Of a DNA stretch of 64,000 nucleotides, positions 46,480 to 56,493 are shown one piece after another (position 1 is the stretch's first letter; each line of letters begins with the position of its first letter). The stretch comes from Candidatus Latescibacterota bacterium (lineage in GTDB: Bacteria > Latescibacterota > UBA2968 > UBA8231), in contig CBDETY010000003.1 of NCBI GenBank assembly GCA_965243025.1, positions 3,584,001 through 3,648,000 on the forward strand, written 5' to 3'. The translations under genes were made by a program, and so were the position numbers. The notes below the pieces were generated by a model, which saw only the letters and a program-made list of their open reading frames with translations, ran no database searches and was not told where the DNA came from.

Positions 46480-48321
46480 ATGAACTGGCGGGAAGTAATC
46501 CCCGGTGTGTACCGCTATCGGGACAGCTGCAACGTCTACGCCGTGCGGGGAAGTGAGGGCATGCTCCTCATCGACGCCGGCACCGGGCGCTGGCTCGACC
46601 ATGTCTCCGAGCTGCCGGCGGCGCCGGCCGCCCTCGCCCTGACCCACTACTTCCGCGATCACGCCGCCGGGGCGGTGCCGGCCGCGGCGCGAGGGATCCC
46701 GGTGTACGTGCCCGAGCACGAGAGGGCCGTTCTCGCCGATCCGGGGCAGCATTTCAGGGCGCGGGAGACCTACGTCATCTACGACAACCTCTGGAACCTG
46801 TTCGCACCGATCGAGCCGGTCGCGGTCGCCGGTCTGCTGCGGGACTACGACCGCATGCGGCTGGCCGGCCTCGAGGTGGAGGTGATCCCCCTGCCGGGCT
46901 GCACCCTGACCCAGGTCGGGCTCGGCGTCCTCCTGCCGGGGTCCGACCGGCCGGTGGTGTTCTGCGGCGAGGCCATCCACTCCCCCGGGCGGGTGCCGAG
47001 GGTCGCCCCGTTCCAGTACAACTACAACGACATGTCCGGGGCCGGGAACGCCTGGTACTCCGCCCGCTCCCTGGGCCGCCGCGAACCGGCGGCCCTGTTG
47101 CCGAGCCTGGGAGAGCCGATACTCGACGATACCGGCGGGGCCTTGGGCCGCCTCGAGGAGAACCTGAGGGCGCTGCTCGCCCCCTACCGCTACGGCGACC
47201 CCGGCCCTCCGGGGCGTCTGGAGAAGGTGACCGACCACGTCTACCTCGACACCGACTCGGGCAGCAACAACTGGTTCGTCGTCAGCGATTCCGGCAAGGC
47301 GCTGGTCATCGACTACGGGTACTACTCCTCCCCGTTCGGCAGCGCCTTCCCCGGGTACTCCAGCCCCCCCAACCGGCGCCCCCTCCTCCACGGCCTGGAA
47401 GCGCTCGAAAGGCAGTTCGCAATCGACCGCATCGACGTCGCCCTGATCAGCCATTTCCACGACGACCACGTCTGCGGGCTGCCGCTGCTGCAGCGCCTGT
47501 TCGGCACCGAGGTCTGGGCCGCGGAGAACTTCGCCGACCTGATCGCCCACCCGGAAGCGCACTGCTTCCCCTGCAACTGGCACCAGCCGGCCCGGGTCGA
47601 CCGCCGCATCCGCCTCGACGAGGAGGTCGAGTGGGAGGAGTACCGCTTCCACTTCGCCCCCATGAGCGGCCACACCCGCTTCGCCTCGCTGATCGGCTTC
47701 GAGGCGGACGGCATGCGCTTCGCCCACACCGGCGACCAGTACTTCTTCGACGGCGATTTCAGGAACTGGAGCGAGAACCAGCGCATGCAGAACCACGTCT
47801 ACCGCAACGGCGCCCTGCTCGACGGGTACGAGGAGAGCGGCCGCTGGATGCTGGAGTGGCGGCCGCAGGTGGTGATCCAGGGGCATCAGCCCCCGTTCTT
47901 CACCGACGACGACTTCTTCGCCCACATCGAGAAGTGGCGGGAGGACTACGAGACCCTGCACAGGAACCTCATGCCCCTCGGCGAGGATGAGGTCCACTTC
48001 GACCTCGACAGCTGGGGCGGCTGGATCTGGCCCTACCGCGTGCACCTCGCCGAGCCGGGACCGGCGCGGGTCAGGGTGACGGTGCGCAACCCCCTGCCGC
48101 ACCCGGCCGACCTGGAGGTGGCGCTGGTAGGCCCGCAGGGATGGCGTGGTGAGTCGGCGACCCTGCGGGCAGGTCCGCGGCGCGAGGTCAGCTGCGAGCT
48201 GTCGATCGTCCCGGACCGGCCATGCCGGCGGCAGCCGTTCGCGGTGGACCTGGTAGCCGGCGGGCGGCCGTTCGGGCAGGTGGCCGAGGCGTTGATGACG
48301 GTAGGGGGGGAGGAGTTCTGA
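46480..48321 (+). CDS. Protein with two metallo-beta-lactamase-fold domains
   Basis: LIDAGTG...THYFRDH (degenerate) and VIDYG...SHFHDDH...GHT...HTGD...GH. Confidence 0.85.
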   Translation: MNWREVIPGVYRYRDSCNVYAVRGSEGMLLIDAGTGRWLDHVSELPAAPAALALTHYFRDHAAGAVPAAARGIPVYVPEHERAVLADPGQHFRARETYVIYDNLWNLFAPIEPVAVAGLLRDYDRMRLAGLEVEVIPLPGCTLTQVGLGVLLPGSDRPVVFCGEAIHSPGRVPRVAPFQYNYNDMSGAGNAWYSARSLGRREPAALLPSLGEPILDDTGGALGRLEENLRALLAPYRYGDPGPPGRLEKVTDHVYLDTDSGSNNWFVVSDSGKALVIDYGYYSSPFGSAFPGYSSPPNRRPLLHGLEALERQFAIDRIDVALISHFHDDHVCGLPLLQRLFGTEVWAAENFADLIAHPEAHCFPCNWHQPARVDRRIRLDEEVEWEEYRFHFAPMSGHTRFASLIGFEADGMRFAHTGDQYFFDGDFRNWSENQRMQNHVYRNGALLDGYEESGRWMLEWRPQVVIQGHQPPFFTDDDFFAHIEKWREDYETLHRNLMPLGEDEVHFDLDSWGGWIWPYRVHLAEPGPARVRVTVRNPLPHPADLEVALVGPQGWRGESATLRAGPRREVSCELSIVPDRPCRRQPFAVDLVAGGRPFGQVAEALMTVGGEEF

Positions 48322-48360
48322 GGCGGCCGGGGCAGCGATCCGCGCGGACCCCACCGACTG

Positions 48361-49239
48361 TCAGATGTATCCCGCCGAGGTGAGCAATTCGATCTCGTCG
48401 CTCAGCCGTTCGAGCACGTGATCGGGGTAGATGGACATGCGCTGGAACGGCAGGTTGTCGCGCCCGATCGCCGGCATGTAGTTGAAGAAGACCGAGCGCC
48501 TGATCGAGTCGTTGGTGACGGGGTAGGCGTTGTGAGTCATCCCCTCCGAGAAGACGACGACGTCCCCGGGCGCGGCCAGCACCGGCACCGCCATCGGGTT
48601 TTTTCTCGCGTCAGTCATGTCGAAGGGACAGGAGAAGTTCGCCTTGTGGCTGCCCGGGATCGCGGCGAAGGGGCCGTTCTCCACGCGCGTCATGTCCGAC
48701 AGGATCACCACGCTCTTGGTGCTCTTGCAGGCGAAGCGCTCCCGCGTGTGGTCGTAGGCGTAGTAGATGTCGCGGTCGAGGGGAAAGCCGCCGTTGTGGA
48801 GCCCGCCCCCGGCAACGGGCCCCACCTTCTCGATGTAGTAGGTCGCCGAGATGTAGACCGGGCCGCCGGCGAGCTCGCGGTGGATGGACTTCATCGCCGG
48901 GTCGCGCACGATGCGGTCGAACTTCGCGGTTCCGCACAGGGCGTGGTCGACCCGCCCGATGCCGCCGGTTTCCGGGTTGGGGCGGCGGTCGGGGCGGTGC
49001 TCCCCCTTCCAGAACGGGTGCTCAGGGTCCGACATCGCCGGGGCCAGGAAATAGCTGGCGACCCCCAGCCGGGTGTAGGTGTCGTGGTCGACGGGGATCT
49101 CCTGGAGCTCGTCGATGCCGGCATGGAACTCCGCAACCGCCTCCTCGTCGTAGTGCCCCTTCAGAACGATGTACCCCCGCAGGTCGAACTCGTACTTCTG
49201 CTCCGGGGTCAGGGCGAAAGCGGAATCAGTGGAGGTCAT
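48361..49239 (-). CDS. PhyH-family Fe/2OG enzyme with an HxG motif
   Basis: KYEFDLRGYIVL, GLHNGG, AIPGSHKANF, GDVVVFSEGMTH. Confidence 0.85.
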   Translation of the reverse strand: MTSTDSAFALTPEQKYEFDLRGYIVLKGHYDEEAVAEFHAGIDELQEIPVDHDTYTRLGVASYFLAPAMSDPEHPFWKGEHRPDRRPNPETGGIGRVDHALCGTAKFDRIVRDPAMKSIHRELAGGPVYISATYYIEKVGPVAGGGLHNGGFPLDRDIYYAYDHTRERFACKSTKSVVILSDMTRVENGPFAAIPGSHKANFSCPFDMTDARKNPMAVPVLAAPGDVVVFSEGMTHNAYPVTNDSIRRSVFFNYMPAIGRDNLPFQRMSIYPDHVLERLSDEIELLTSAGYI

Positions 49240-49361
49240 TTCCGGGTGCCTCTTTGCCGCCCGGGCCGGCGACGGGGTTCGGCCGGTCGCGGCCCGGGGT
49301 CAGGAGGTGCAGCGGCTGTCCTTCGCGTCAGGATCGCCGGCGCGCGGCGCTGCCCTGCCGG

Positions 49362-50645
49362 CTACAGGTCGTATCCCGCTTCGCCGTGCTCGTTCAGATC
49401 GAGTCCATTGGTCTCGGTATCCTCGTCCACCCGCAGGCCGATGGCCAGGTCGATGACCTTGAGGATCACGAACGAGACGATCAGGGTATAAACCGCTGCG
49501 CCGACAGCACCGAAAGCCTGGATACCCAACTGTTTCCCCATGTTCAGGCCCTCGACGGTGCCGCCCAGGGAGGTCGAGGCGAAGAAGGAGACCAGCAGAA
49601 CCCCGACGAGGCCGCCGAAGCCGTGAACCCCCACTACGTCGAGCGCGTCGTCGTACCCGCAGGTGCGCTTGAGCCAGGTGGCGGCCCAATAGGCCACGAG
49701 ACCGGAGCACAGGCCGATGGCGAATGCCCCGAGCGGCCCCACCGTGCCCGAGGCCGGGGTAATGGCCGCCAGTCCCGCGATGGCGCCGGTGGCGAAACCG
49801 AGGGCACTGGGTTTCCCGTTCCGGATCCAATCGAGGAAGATCCAGGTCAGCGCCGCGACGCTGGGGGAGATCTGGGTGACCACGACTGCCATGGCGGCCT
49901 GCCCGTTAGCCGCCAGGGCGCTGCCGCCGTTGAAACCGAACCACCCGACCCAGAGCATGGCCGTGCCGACGAGGTTCATGGTCATGTTGTGCGGGGGCAT
50001 CGGCTGTTTGGGATAGCCGGAGCGCTTGCCGACGAGGATCGCCGCCACCAGGGCGGCGGCCCCCGCGGTGATGTGGACGACGATGCCGCCGGCAAAGTCG
50101 AAGACCCCCATGGCGCCGAGGTACCCGCCCTCTCCCCAGACCATGTGGGTGATGGGCAGGTAAACCAGAGCGCACCACAGGCCGCTGAACCACAACACCG
50201 CCGAAAACTTCATGCGCTCGGCAAAGGCACCGACGATTAGTCCGGGAGTGATGATGGCGAACGTCATCTGGAAAACGAAGAAGAGCAGTTCGGGGATGGT
50301 GCCGGACAGGCTGTCCGGGGAGACCCCGCTGAGAAAGAGCTTGGACAGGCCGCCGATGAAGGGATTGCCGGCGGTAAAGGCCAGGCTGTATCCGAAAAGG
50401 GTCCACAGGACCGTGATCAGGGCGGCAATCCCGAAACAGTGCATGTAGACGGAGAGCACGTTGCGCGTGCGCACCAGGCCGGCGTAGAACATGGCCAGGC
50501 CCGGTATCATCATGAAGAGCACGAGGCCGGTGGAGATCAGGATCCAGGCCGTATCTCCGGTGTCGAGCTTGTCCTGGGCCGAAGCGGAAGCCGGCGCCCA
50601 GACCAGCAACAGGGGGAGGATTCCCCACACTTTGCGAAACTTCAT
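49362..50645 (-). CDS. amtB: Ammonium transporter
   Basis: PGLAMFYAGLVR, FQMTFAIITPGL, DFAGGIVVHI, WVGWFGFNGGS, DDALDVVGVHG; AGGAGG RBS. Confidence 0.96.
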   Translation of the reverse strand: MKFRKVWGILPLLLVWAPASASAQDKLDTGDTAWILISTGLVLFMMIPGLAMFYAGLVRTRNVLSVYMHCFGIAALITVLWTLFGYSLAFTAGNPFIGGLSKLFLSGVSPDSLSGTIPELLFFVFQMTFAIITPGLIVGAFAERMKFSAVLWFSGLWCALVYLPITHMVWGEGGYLGAMGVFDFAGGIVVHITAGAAALVAAILVGKRSGYPKQPMPPHNMTMNLVGTAMLWVGWFGFNGGSALAANGQAAMAVVVTQISPSVAALTWIFLDWIRNGKPSALGFATGAIAGLAAITPASGTVGPLGAFAIGLCSGLVAYWAATWLKRTCGYDDALDVVGVHGFGGLVGVLLVSFFASTSLGGTVEGLNMGKQLGIQAFGAVGAAVYTLIVSFVILKVIDLAIGLRVDEDTETNGLDLNEHGEAGYDL

Positions 50646-50948
50646 TATGAACCTCCTATGGGGGCGGACTACGTGGAATGCGTCAGGGGCCCTCGCGGTT
50701 CTGCACCGGGAACGGGGGCCGGTCCCATGCTCTGGCCGGCGCTCCGATCGCGAACCGGGCTCCGCACGGATGACGAGGACCTCCATCCCCTGCGCAACGG
50801 GGCAAATTCCCTTTACCCTCTGTCCGAGTCAAGGCGGTCGGCGATCACCGGCTGTCGCTTGCACGACAGGGAGGGACTGCGCTTGTTAATCCTGTCACCT
50901 GAAACCGCTTCTCCGCCGGCTCCGGCGCCAACCGCGAGGAATAACCGC

Positions 50949-51788
50949 ATGCTGACCCGCGAACAGATAGACGCCTACCACCGCGACGGCTTCGTGAAGG
51001 TCGAAGGCCTGTTCACACCCGAAGAGGTCGCCGACCTGGCCGGCGACATGGTGCGCATCATCGAGGAGTGGGGGGAGGAGACCATCGGCTGGAGGGGGCC
51101 GTGGAGGAAGGGCTACCTGCCCGACGACGAGCAGGAGAGCACCAAGGCGGTGTTCATGCACAACCCGCAGCACTACTCGGCGGTCTGGGGGCGGGTCATC
51201 TTCCACGAGCGCCTGCTCGCCTGCATCACCGCCCTGATCGGCGACAGCGTCCAGTGGCATCACACCGTCCTCCACGCCAAACCGCCGGAAAAGGGCACCC
51301 CCTTCCCCATGCACCAGGACTTCCCGTTCTACCCGCACGACGGCGCCGATTTCGTCGACTGCCTGCTGCATCTCGACGACGCCCCGTTCGAGTCGGGCGC
51401 CCTGCACGTCGTTCCCGGAAGCCACAGGAAGGGGCCGATCGAGCACGTCCTCGGCCCGGACACGGCGCCGCACCTGCCCCTCGACCAGTACCACCCCGAC
51501 AAGGTCGACAGCGTGGCGATCCCGGCGCGGGCCGGGGACGTCGTCTTCTTCAGCTACATGGCCGTGCACTGGTCCGACTGCAACCGCACCGGTCAGTGGC
51601 GCAAGGCGGTCCGCTTCGGCTACCACCACACCGGCATGCGCCCGGTCGGACGCGCCGGGGACGACCCCCACCGCATCGACCTCGACAACCTGCTCGAGCG
51701 CAGCAACAACACCGTCGTCTCCGGCTTCCGCGCCAACCTGGAAGAGCCGAGGCCGGGGCCCACCAGCTCCATCCAGGCGCGCGCATGA
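50949..51788 (+). CDS. PhyH-family dioxygenase
   Basis: YHRDGF, HAKPP, MHQDFPF, VVPGSH, AVHWS. Confidence 0.92.
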   Translation: MLTREQIDAYHRDGFVKVEGLFTPEEVADLAGDMVRIIEEWGEETIGWRGPWRKGYLPDDEQESTKAVFMHNPQHYSAVWGRVIFHERLLACITALIGDSVQWHHTVLHAKPPEKGTPFPMHQDFPFYPHDGADFVDCLLHLDDAPFESGALHVVPGSHRKGPIEHVLGPDTAPHLPLDQYHPDKVDSVAIPARAGDVVFFSYMAVHWSDCNRTGQWRKAVRFGYHHTGMRPVGRAGDDPHRIDLDNLLERSNNTVVSGFRANLEEPRPGPTSSIQARA

Positions 51789-51806
51789 CCCGCGGCGAGA
51801 CCGGCG

Positions 51807-52328
51807 ATGGCCGGGGTTGAGACCGGGCGGGGTACAGGCGCGGCGGGCCGCCTCTGCACCGTCGGGATAGCCAAGGACTACCTCTCCTTCTCGGCCGCCC
51901 ACTTCACCATCTTCTCCGGGGACCGGCGGGAGAACCTGCACGGCCACAACTTCGCGGTGCAGGGCCGCGCCACCGGCCGGGTCGGGGAGAACGGCCTCAC
52001 CTTCGATTACGAGCTGCTGAAGTCGAAAATCGGGGAGCTGTGCGAACGCCTCGACGAGAAGCTGCTGCTCCCTTCCGGGTCTCCGCACCTCGACATCCGC
52101 GGCGGCCCAGGGGAGGTGGAGGTCGGCTTCGCAGGGGAGCGCATGCATTTCCTCGAGCGGGACGTCCTGCTGATTCCGGTCGCCAACGTCACTGTCGAGG
52201 AGCTCTCCGGGTGGTTCCTCGACCTCCTGCTCGCCGACGGCGACATCGAGGCCCTCGACCTCGAGGAGCTGGAGGTCCGCGTCTCCAGCGGACCCGGGCA
52301 GTGGGGGATCAGCCGCTGGCGGCGCTGA
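51807..52328 (+). CDS. 6-pyruvoyl-tetrahydropterin synthase/QueD family, PTPS-III type
   Basis: FSAAHF...RENLHGHNF (ExxHGH, no Cys), LDEKLL, NVTVEELS. Confidence 0.85.
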   Translation: MAGVETGRGTGAAGRLCTVGIAKDYLSFSAAHFTIFSGDRRENLHGHNFAVQGRATGRVGENGLTFDYELLKSKIGELCERLDEKLLLPSGSPHLDIRGGPGEVEVGFAGERMHFLERDVLLIPVANVTVEELSGWFLDLLLADGDIEALDLEELEVRVSSGPGQWGISRWRR

Positions 52329-52579
52329 CCGACGGCAGCGTGCAGGGCGCCGCGGTTCCAGTTGATTCCCCGGCTGCGGTGCTCACGGGCCCGCCGGAAA
52401 CCGCGATTTCTCCTTAAAAAACTGATTGCCGCAGGAGCGGGACGGTATCGGTGGGACAGAACGTCTCGTCGGGATCGCCAGAGGAATTGCGCCGGAAAGC
52501 GGCAGCGCTTATCGTGCACCGCAACACAGCTCACCCGAACATCGACAAGCAGAAACACCGGCAGACAGGAGAGGGACTC

Positions 52580-53233
52580 ATGGCAGACGAAAAACCGACC
52601 ATCGACGTATTGGAGAGCGCCCCGTTCCTCGTGAAGGGGCTGGAGAAACTGACCGATTCCGAGGGGCGCCCGGTGGAGTTCCCCGAGGTGGCGAAGGAGA
52701 AGGGGGTGCTGGCGCTGTGCCGCTGCGGTCAGTCGGAGGACAAGCCGTTCTGCGACGGCACCCACAAGGATGTCGGCTTTTCCGGCAATAGGGAGCGCAG
52801 CGGAGAAGGAGAGGCGCGCGAGTTCGCCGGCGCTGAGATCACCATCGTCGACGACGCGGCCAGTTGCTGCCACGCCGGGGAATGCGTCGCCGGCGCCGAG
52901 GCCGTCTTCTTCAGCTGGCAGGGGGACGAGCGGATCCCGGAGCCCGACAAGGACACCCGCGAGGCGATCATCGCCGCGATCCGCAACTGCCCCTCCGGGG
53001 CGCTGGCCTACAAGCTCGAAGGGAAGCTTCACGACATCTACTTCTCCGAGCCCGAGATCCGCGTTTCCAAGGACGGCCCCCTCGAGGTGCGCGGCGGGAT
53101 CGGCCTCAACAACCCGGACGGCCCCGGACCGAGGAGCGGCGACCACTACGCCCTGTGCCGCTGCGGCGCCTCGAAAAACAAGCCGTTCTGCGACGGCTCC
53201 CACTCCGCCGTCGGCTTCAGCGACGAGCAATAG
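52580..53233 (+). CDS. CDGSH iron-sulfur protein (CDGSH - ferredoxin-like - CDGSH)
   Basis: CRCGQSEDKPFCDGTH, CCHAGEC...CPSGAL, CRCGASKNKPFCDGSH. Confidence 0.93.
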   Translation: MADEKPTIDVLESAPFLVKGLEKLTDSEGRPVEFPEVAKEKGVLALCRCGQSEDKPFCDGTHKDVGFSGNRERSGEGEAREFAGAEITIVDDAASCCHAGECVAGAEAVFFSWQGDERIPEPDKDTREAIIAAIRNCPSGALAYKLEGKLHDIYFSEPEIRVSKDGPLEVRGGIGLNNPDGPGPRSGDHYALCRCGASKNKPFCDGSHSAVGFSDEQ

Positions 53234-53241
53234 GAGGAGCA

Positions 53242-54138
53242 ATGTCCGTCGACATCTACGAACGCGGCCCGGTCGGCAGCTTCACCAGGGAGCACCTGAT
53301 CGAGTACACCGCCGACTGGGAGGGGGAGCGCTTCCCCGACGGCCGCCCGCGCGTGCCGGACGAAATCATCGAGCGCATGAGGAACGTCACCCTGACCCAG
53401 GCCTGGGGCACCTGCAACGGCGCCGGCTACGAGTTCCAGTTCGAAGGGGGGTTCACCAACACCCACCCGGGGCAGGTGCTGTGCGGGCGCGCGGTTACGG
53501 CCACCTTCATGCCGCGGCGCCCCGACTGCCGCCGCGCCCTCGACGAGCAGGGTGAGAAGGGGGGCCACGAGGGGGACCACATCCACTGGACGATCAACAT
53601 GCTGGTGACAGGGGACGTGTACGTTGCAGACGTCTTCGGCAAGATCGACAAGGGGGCGATCATCGGCGACAACCTCGCCGCCTCCATCAAGGCGAAGTCG
53701 GGGAACGGCGTCGTCCACGACAACTCGGTGCGCGACATCGAGGGGATCCGCGGCCTCGAGGACTTCGCCTGTTTCGTGCGCGGCTGGCACCCGTCGATCG
53801 CGGCGCCGACGATCATGCTGACCGGCATGAACTGCCCGACCCGCATCGGCGGCTGCACGGTGATGCCCGGGGACGTCGTCCTCGGCAAGGGGGACGCGGT
53901 GGCCTTCATCCCCCCGCACCTGGCGGAGCAGACCGTCACCACCGCCGAGATCGTGCATCTGCGCGACATCTTCGGCAAGACCCGCCTCGGCGAGGGGAAA
54001 TACCTCCCGGGGGAGATCGACGGACGCTGGGGGGACCACATCGAGAAGGACTTCTCCGAGTGGCTCGAGGGCCACATCGACGAGCTGCCGGTCCCCAAGA
54101 GCGCGATCCAGGATTACCTGAAGACGCGGACCTGGTAG
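53242..54138 (+). CDS. RraA/HMG-aldolase family protein
   Basis: GERFPDGRPRVPD, GRAVTA, IGDNL, VRD, VMPGDVVLG; AGGAGG RBS. Confidence 0.88.
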   Translation: MSVDIYERGPVGSFTREHLIEYTADWEGERFPDGRPRVPDEIIERMRNVTLTQAWGTCNGAGYEFQFEGGFTNTHPGQVLCGRAVTATFMPRRPDCRRALDEQGEKGGHEGDHIHWTINMLVTGDVYVADVFGKIDKGAIIGDNLAASIKAKSGNGVVHDNSVRDIEGIRGLEDFACFVRGWHPSIAAPTIMLTGMNCPTRIGGCTVMPGDVVLGKGDAVAFIPPHLAEQTVTTAEIVHLRDIFGKTRLGEGKYLPGEIDGRWGDHIEKDFSEWLEGHIDELPVPKSAIQDYLKTRTW

Positions 54139-54375
54139 CTCGCCCGGCTGTTGCCGGGGCCGGGGAGATGTTTTCGGGAGGACTTCTAAGGAGCGGCGCT
54201 TCCGGCGCCGTTGCGGAAATCCGGGCCGCGTTCGCCGTCGAAAAGGGGCCGCAGCCTGCGGTCCGAAGAGCTTCCCGCCCGGCGGACGACATCCGGACCG
54301 ACACGGGCGGCCACCTCGCGGCGGGCTCCGCGGCTCGCCAGCCACTCCTCCCATTTCCAGGAAACCTTGATCCCC

Positions 54376-56136
54376 TCACCCGAGCTCACGTTCCACCTCC
54401 TCGCAGGCGACCAGCTCCCAGCCGTGAAACACCATCGCCAGGCCGACGTGGCGCACTGACGGGTAGCGGCGCTGCAGGCCCGGGTCTTCGAGGTAGCCGC
54501 GCACCTGGCGCGCTGCTTCCTGCTTCGTCGCCGCCAGCAGGGACTCGTGCAACGGCTCGCCCCGCTTCAGGTACTTGAGCTCCAGCACGTAGCCGTACCC
54601 CATGTCGGGGTACTGGGCCACGAACGGCTCCAGGTAAAGGTCGGCGGACCCCTTGTTCAGCTCGTACTCCGAGTGCAGCAGGAACTGGTTCACCATGCTG
54701 AAGTGGGCGGCCACGAACCCGTGGATCACCTTCTCGCCGTCGAGGTAGTCGCGGATCCCGGTCTGCTCGGCGAGGGCCTCGCGCAGGAACTCCAGGGCCG
54801 GTTGCCAGGCGCCGTCGTAGGCCATCTTCCGCACGAGGCGGGAGAAGGTGTACACGTCGACGGAAAACAGGCCTACGTCGTCGTAGGCATCGCGCAGGTA
54901 CCCGTACATCAGGCGCTTGACCGTCTGGTTGGGAATGCCCAGCCGGGGCACCCCGCTCACCACCCCGCGAATGCTGAGCAGGCCGAAGTAATGCAGCAGC
55001 GACAGGAAGTTCTCGCGCCGGTCGAGCCGGTCCAGGGGGAAGCTGACCCGGATGTCGCTGTCCGTCTCCCCCTCGCCGATGATCCGGCGCAGCAGGTCGA
55101 AATTGCCGTTGAGCTGCCGGCCGACCACCAGCAGATGCCGCAGCTTGCCGTAGTCGATGCGCACGTTGGTGTCGATCAGATCGTCCGGCATCGGTCTGTT
55201 GGGCATGGATTCATCGAGGAAATAGAGGACCATGTCGGTGTTGTAGAGGTCGCCCTCGACGTTCTTTGCGAACCGGTAGCCGTTGTACCACTCCCGCATC
55301 ACCTCCAGGGCCGCGTCGACCTCTTGATCGAACACGCCATGCTCGCGGTACATCTCCAGCAGCTCCCGCACCTCGTCTTCGGTGAAGCCGAGAATGTCGT
55401 TGAACTCCGGACGCAGGCTGATGTTCTTGCCGATGTTGAAGCCGCTGGTGACGTCGTCCAGGGTGATCGGGGACACCCCGGTGATGAACAGCCGCTCCAG
55501 CCCGCCGCCGCTTCGCCCTGCCCCGGTCTTCAGGGTGGCGAAGAAATTGCGGTAGAAGCCGCCGCCGTGGGTGAAGGTCCGGTAAGCCTGCTCGCCGTGA
55601 AGGGCAAGCACGGTGTTGGCGAAGTTGTCGTACTCGTCGATGAGAACGTACAGCGGGATGCCGCGGTCGCCGGCGTACAGGAACAACTCGTTGAGCTTGG
55701 CATCGATGGAGGGCTGAGAGAGGATGCGCTGTTTTTCCTCCTGGGGAAACAGGTCCCGGTTTCGCCCCAGTGCGTGGTCGAGTTCCAGGTGACAGTAGAT
55801 CTCAAAGCGTTCCCGCAGGGTTTCCAGGGTGTCGTCAAACGCGGAAAAATCAAAGCGCAGCACGACGTAGCGGTGGCGGTTTTCCGTGGGCTGCCGCCCC
55901 AGGTCGGTGCCGCCGAAGACGGCCTCGAATTCGCCGGCGCGGTTGCGGTCGTAGTAATTCTCCAGCAGGGAGACCCAGCAGGACTTGCCGAAGCGGCGGG
56001 GCCGGATCAGAAAGGCGTAGCGCTCCTCTTCCAATTCGTGGACGAACCGAGTCTTGTCGACGTAGAGGCGCTGCTCCAGGCGGATGGCGCGGAAATCGGC
56101 CCAACCGTAGGGAATGCGGGGGTAGGTTGCAGGCAT
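54376..56136 (-). CDS. AAA-ATPase-like domain + PD-(D/E)XK nuclease protein
   Basis: PYG..DF..IR....YVDKT, RPRRFGKS, LIDEYD, FITGVSP, WYNGY, PNQTV, ADL...ELKY. Confidence 0.93.
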   Translation of the reverse strand: MPATYPRIPYGWADFRAIRLEQRLYVDKTRFVHELEEERYAFLIRPRRFGKSCWVSLLENYYDRNRAGEFEAVFGGTDLGRQPTENRHRYVVLRFDFSAFDDTLETLRERFEIYCHLELDHALGRNRDLFPQEEKQRILSQPSIDAKLNELFLYAGDRGIPLYVLIDEYDNFANTVLALHGEQAYRTFTHGGGFYRNFFATLKTGAGRSGGGLERLFITGVSPITLDDVTSGFNIGKNISLRPEFNDILGFTEDEVRELLEMYREHGVFDQEVDAALEVMREWYNGYRFAKNVEGDLYNTDMVLYFLDESMPNRPMPDDLIDTNVRIDYGKLRHLLVVGRQLNGNFDLLRRIIGEGETDSDIRVSFPLDRLDRRENFLSLLHYFGLLSIRGVVSGVPRLGIPNQTVKRLMYGYLRDAYDDVGLFSVDVYTFSRLVRKMAYDGAWQPALEFLREALAEQTGIRDYLDGEKVIHGFVAAHFSMVNQFLLHSEYELNKGSADLYLEPFVAQYPDMGYGYVLELKYLKRGEPLHESLLAATKQEAARQVRGYLEDPGLQRRYPSVRHVGLAMVFHGWELVACEEVERELG

Positions 56137-56493
56137 GGCGACTCCTCCAGGACAACTCTTCAGCCCCGATAAATCCAGGCCCGCATGTTTTCATTCAAAG
56201 CTTCAGCAGAATCAGGGCCTGAAATATAGACCGCGCCTGAAGGCGGGGAAATTTCCGGGCCTGCCCGGTAGCCTGGCGGTCCCCCATGGGGCCGAAAGGC
56301 CCTTGAAGATGCCGGTTCCGGAAGGCAAAGGAGAAAACCTGGCCGTTTTCTCCCGGACGACCGACAGCCGGCGCCGGCCCCGCTTCATCCATCACTTCCC
56401 GTCGGGTTTTAATGGCGCGGCGTATGGAATAGATTGGGGCCCTGATGAAAACAGGGGAGCCCTCTCTCCTCTCTCGAGACCGGAGGACCTGAC

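Noticed and set aside
50646-50948. glnK or a glutamine riboswitch beside amtB
   Set aside because: No P-II ORF or recognisable riboswitch consensus seen.
54376-56136. Novel defence system
   Set aside because: A standalone member of a common AAA + PD-(D/E)XK family with no partner genes here.
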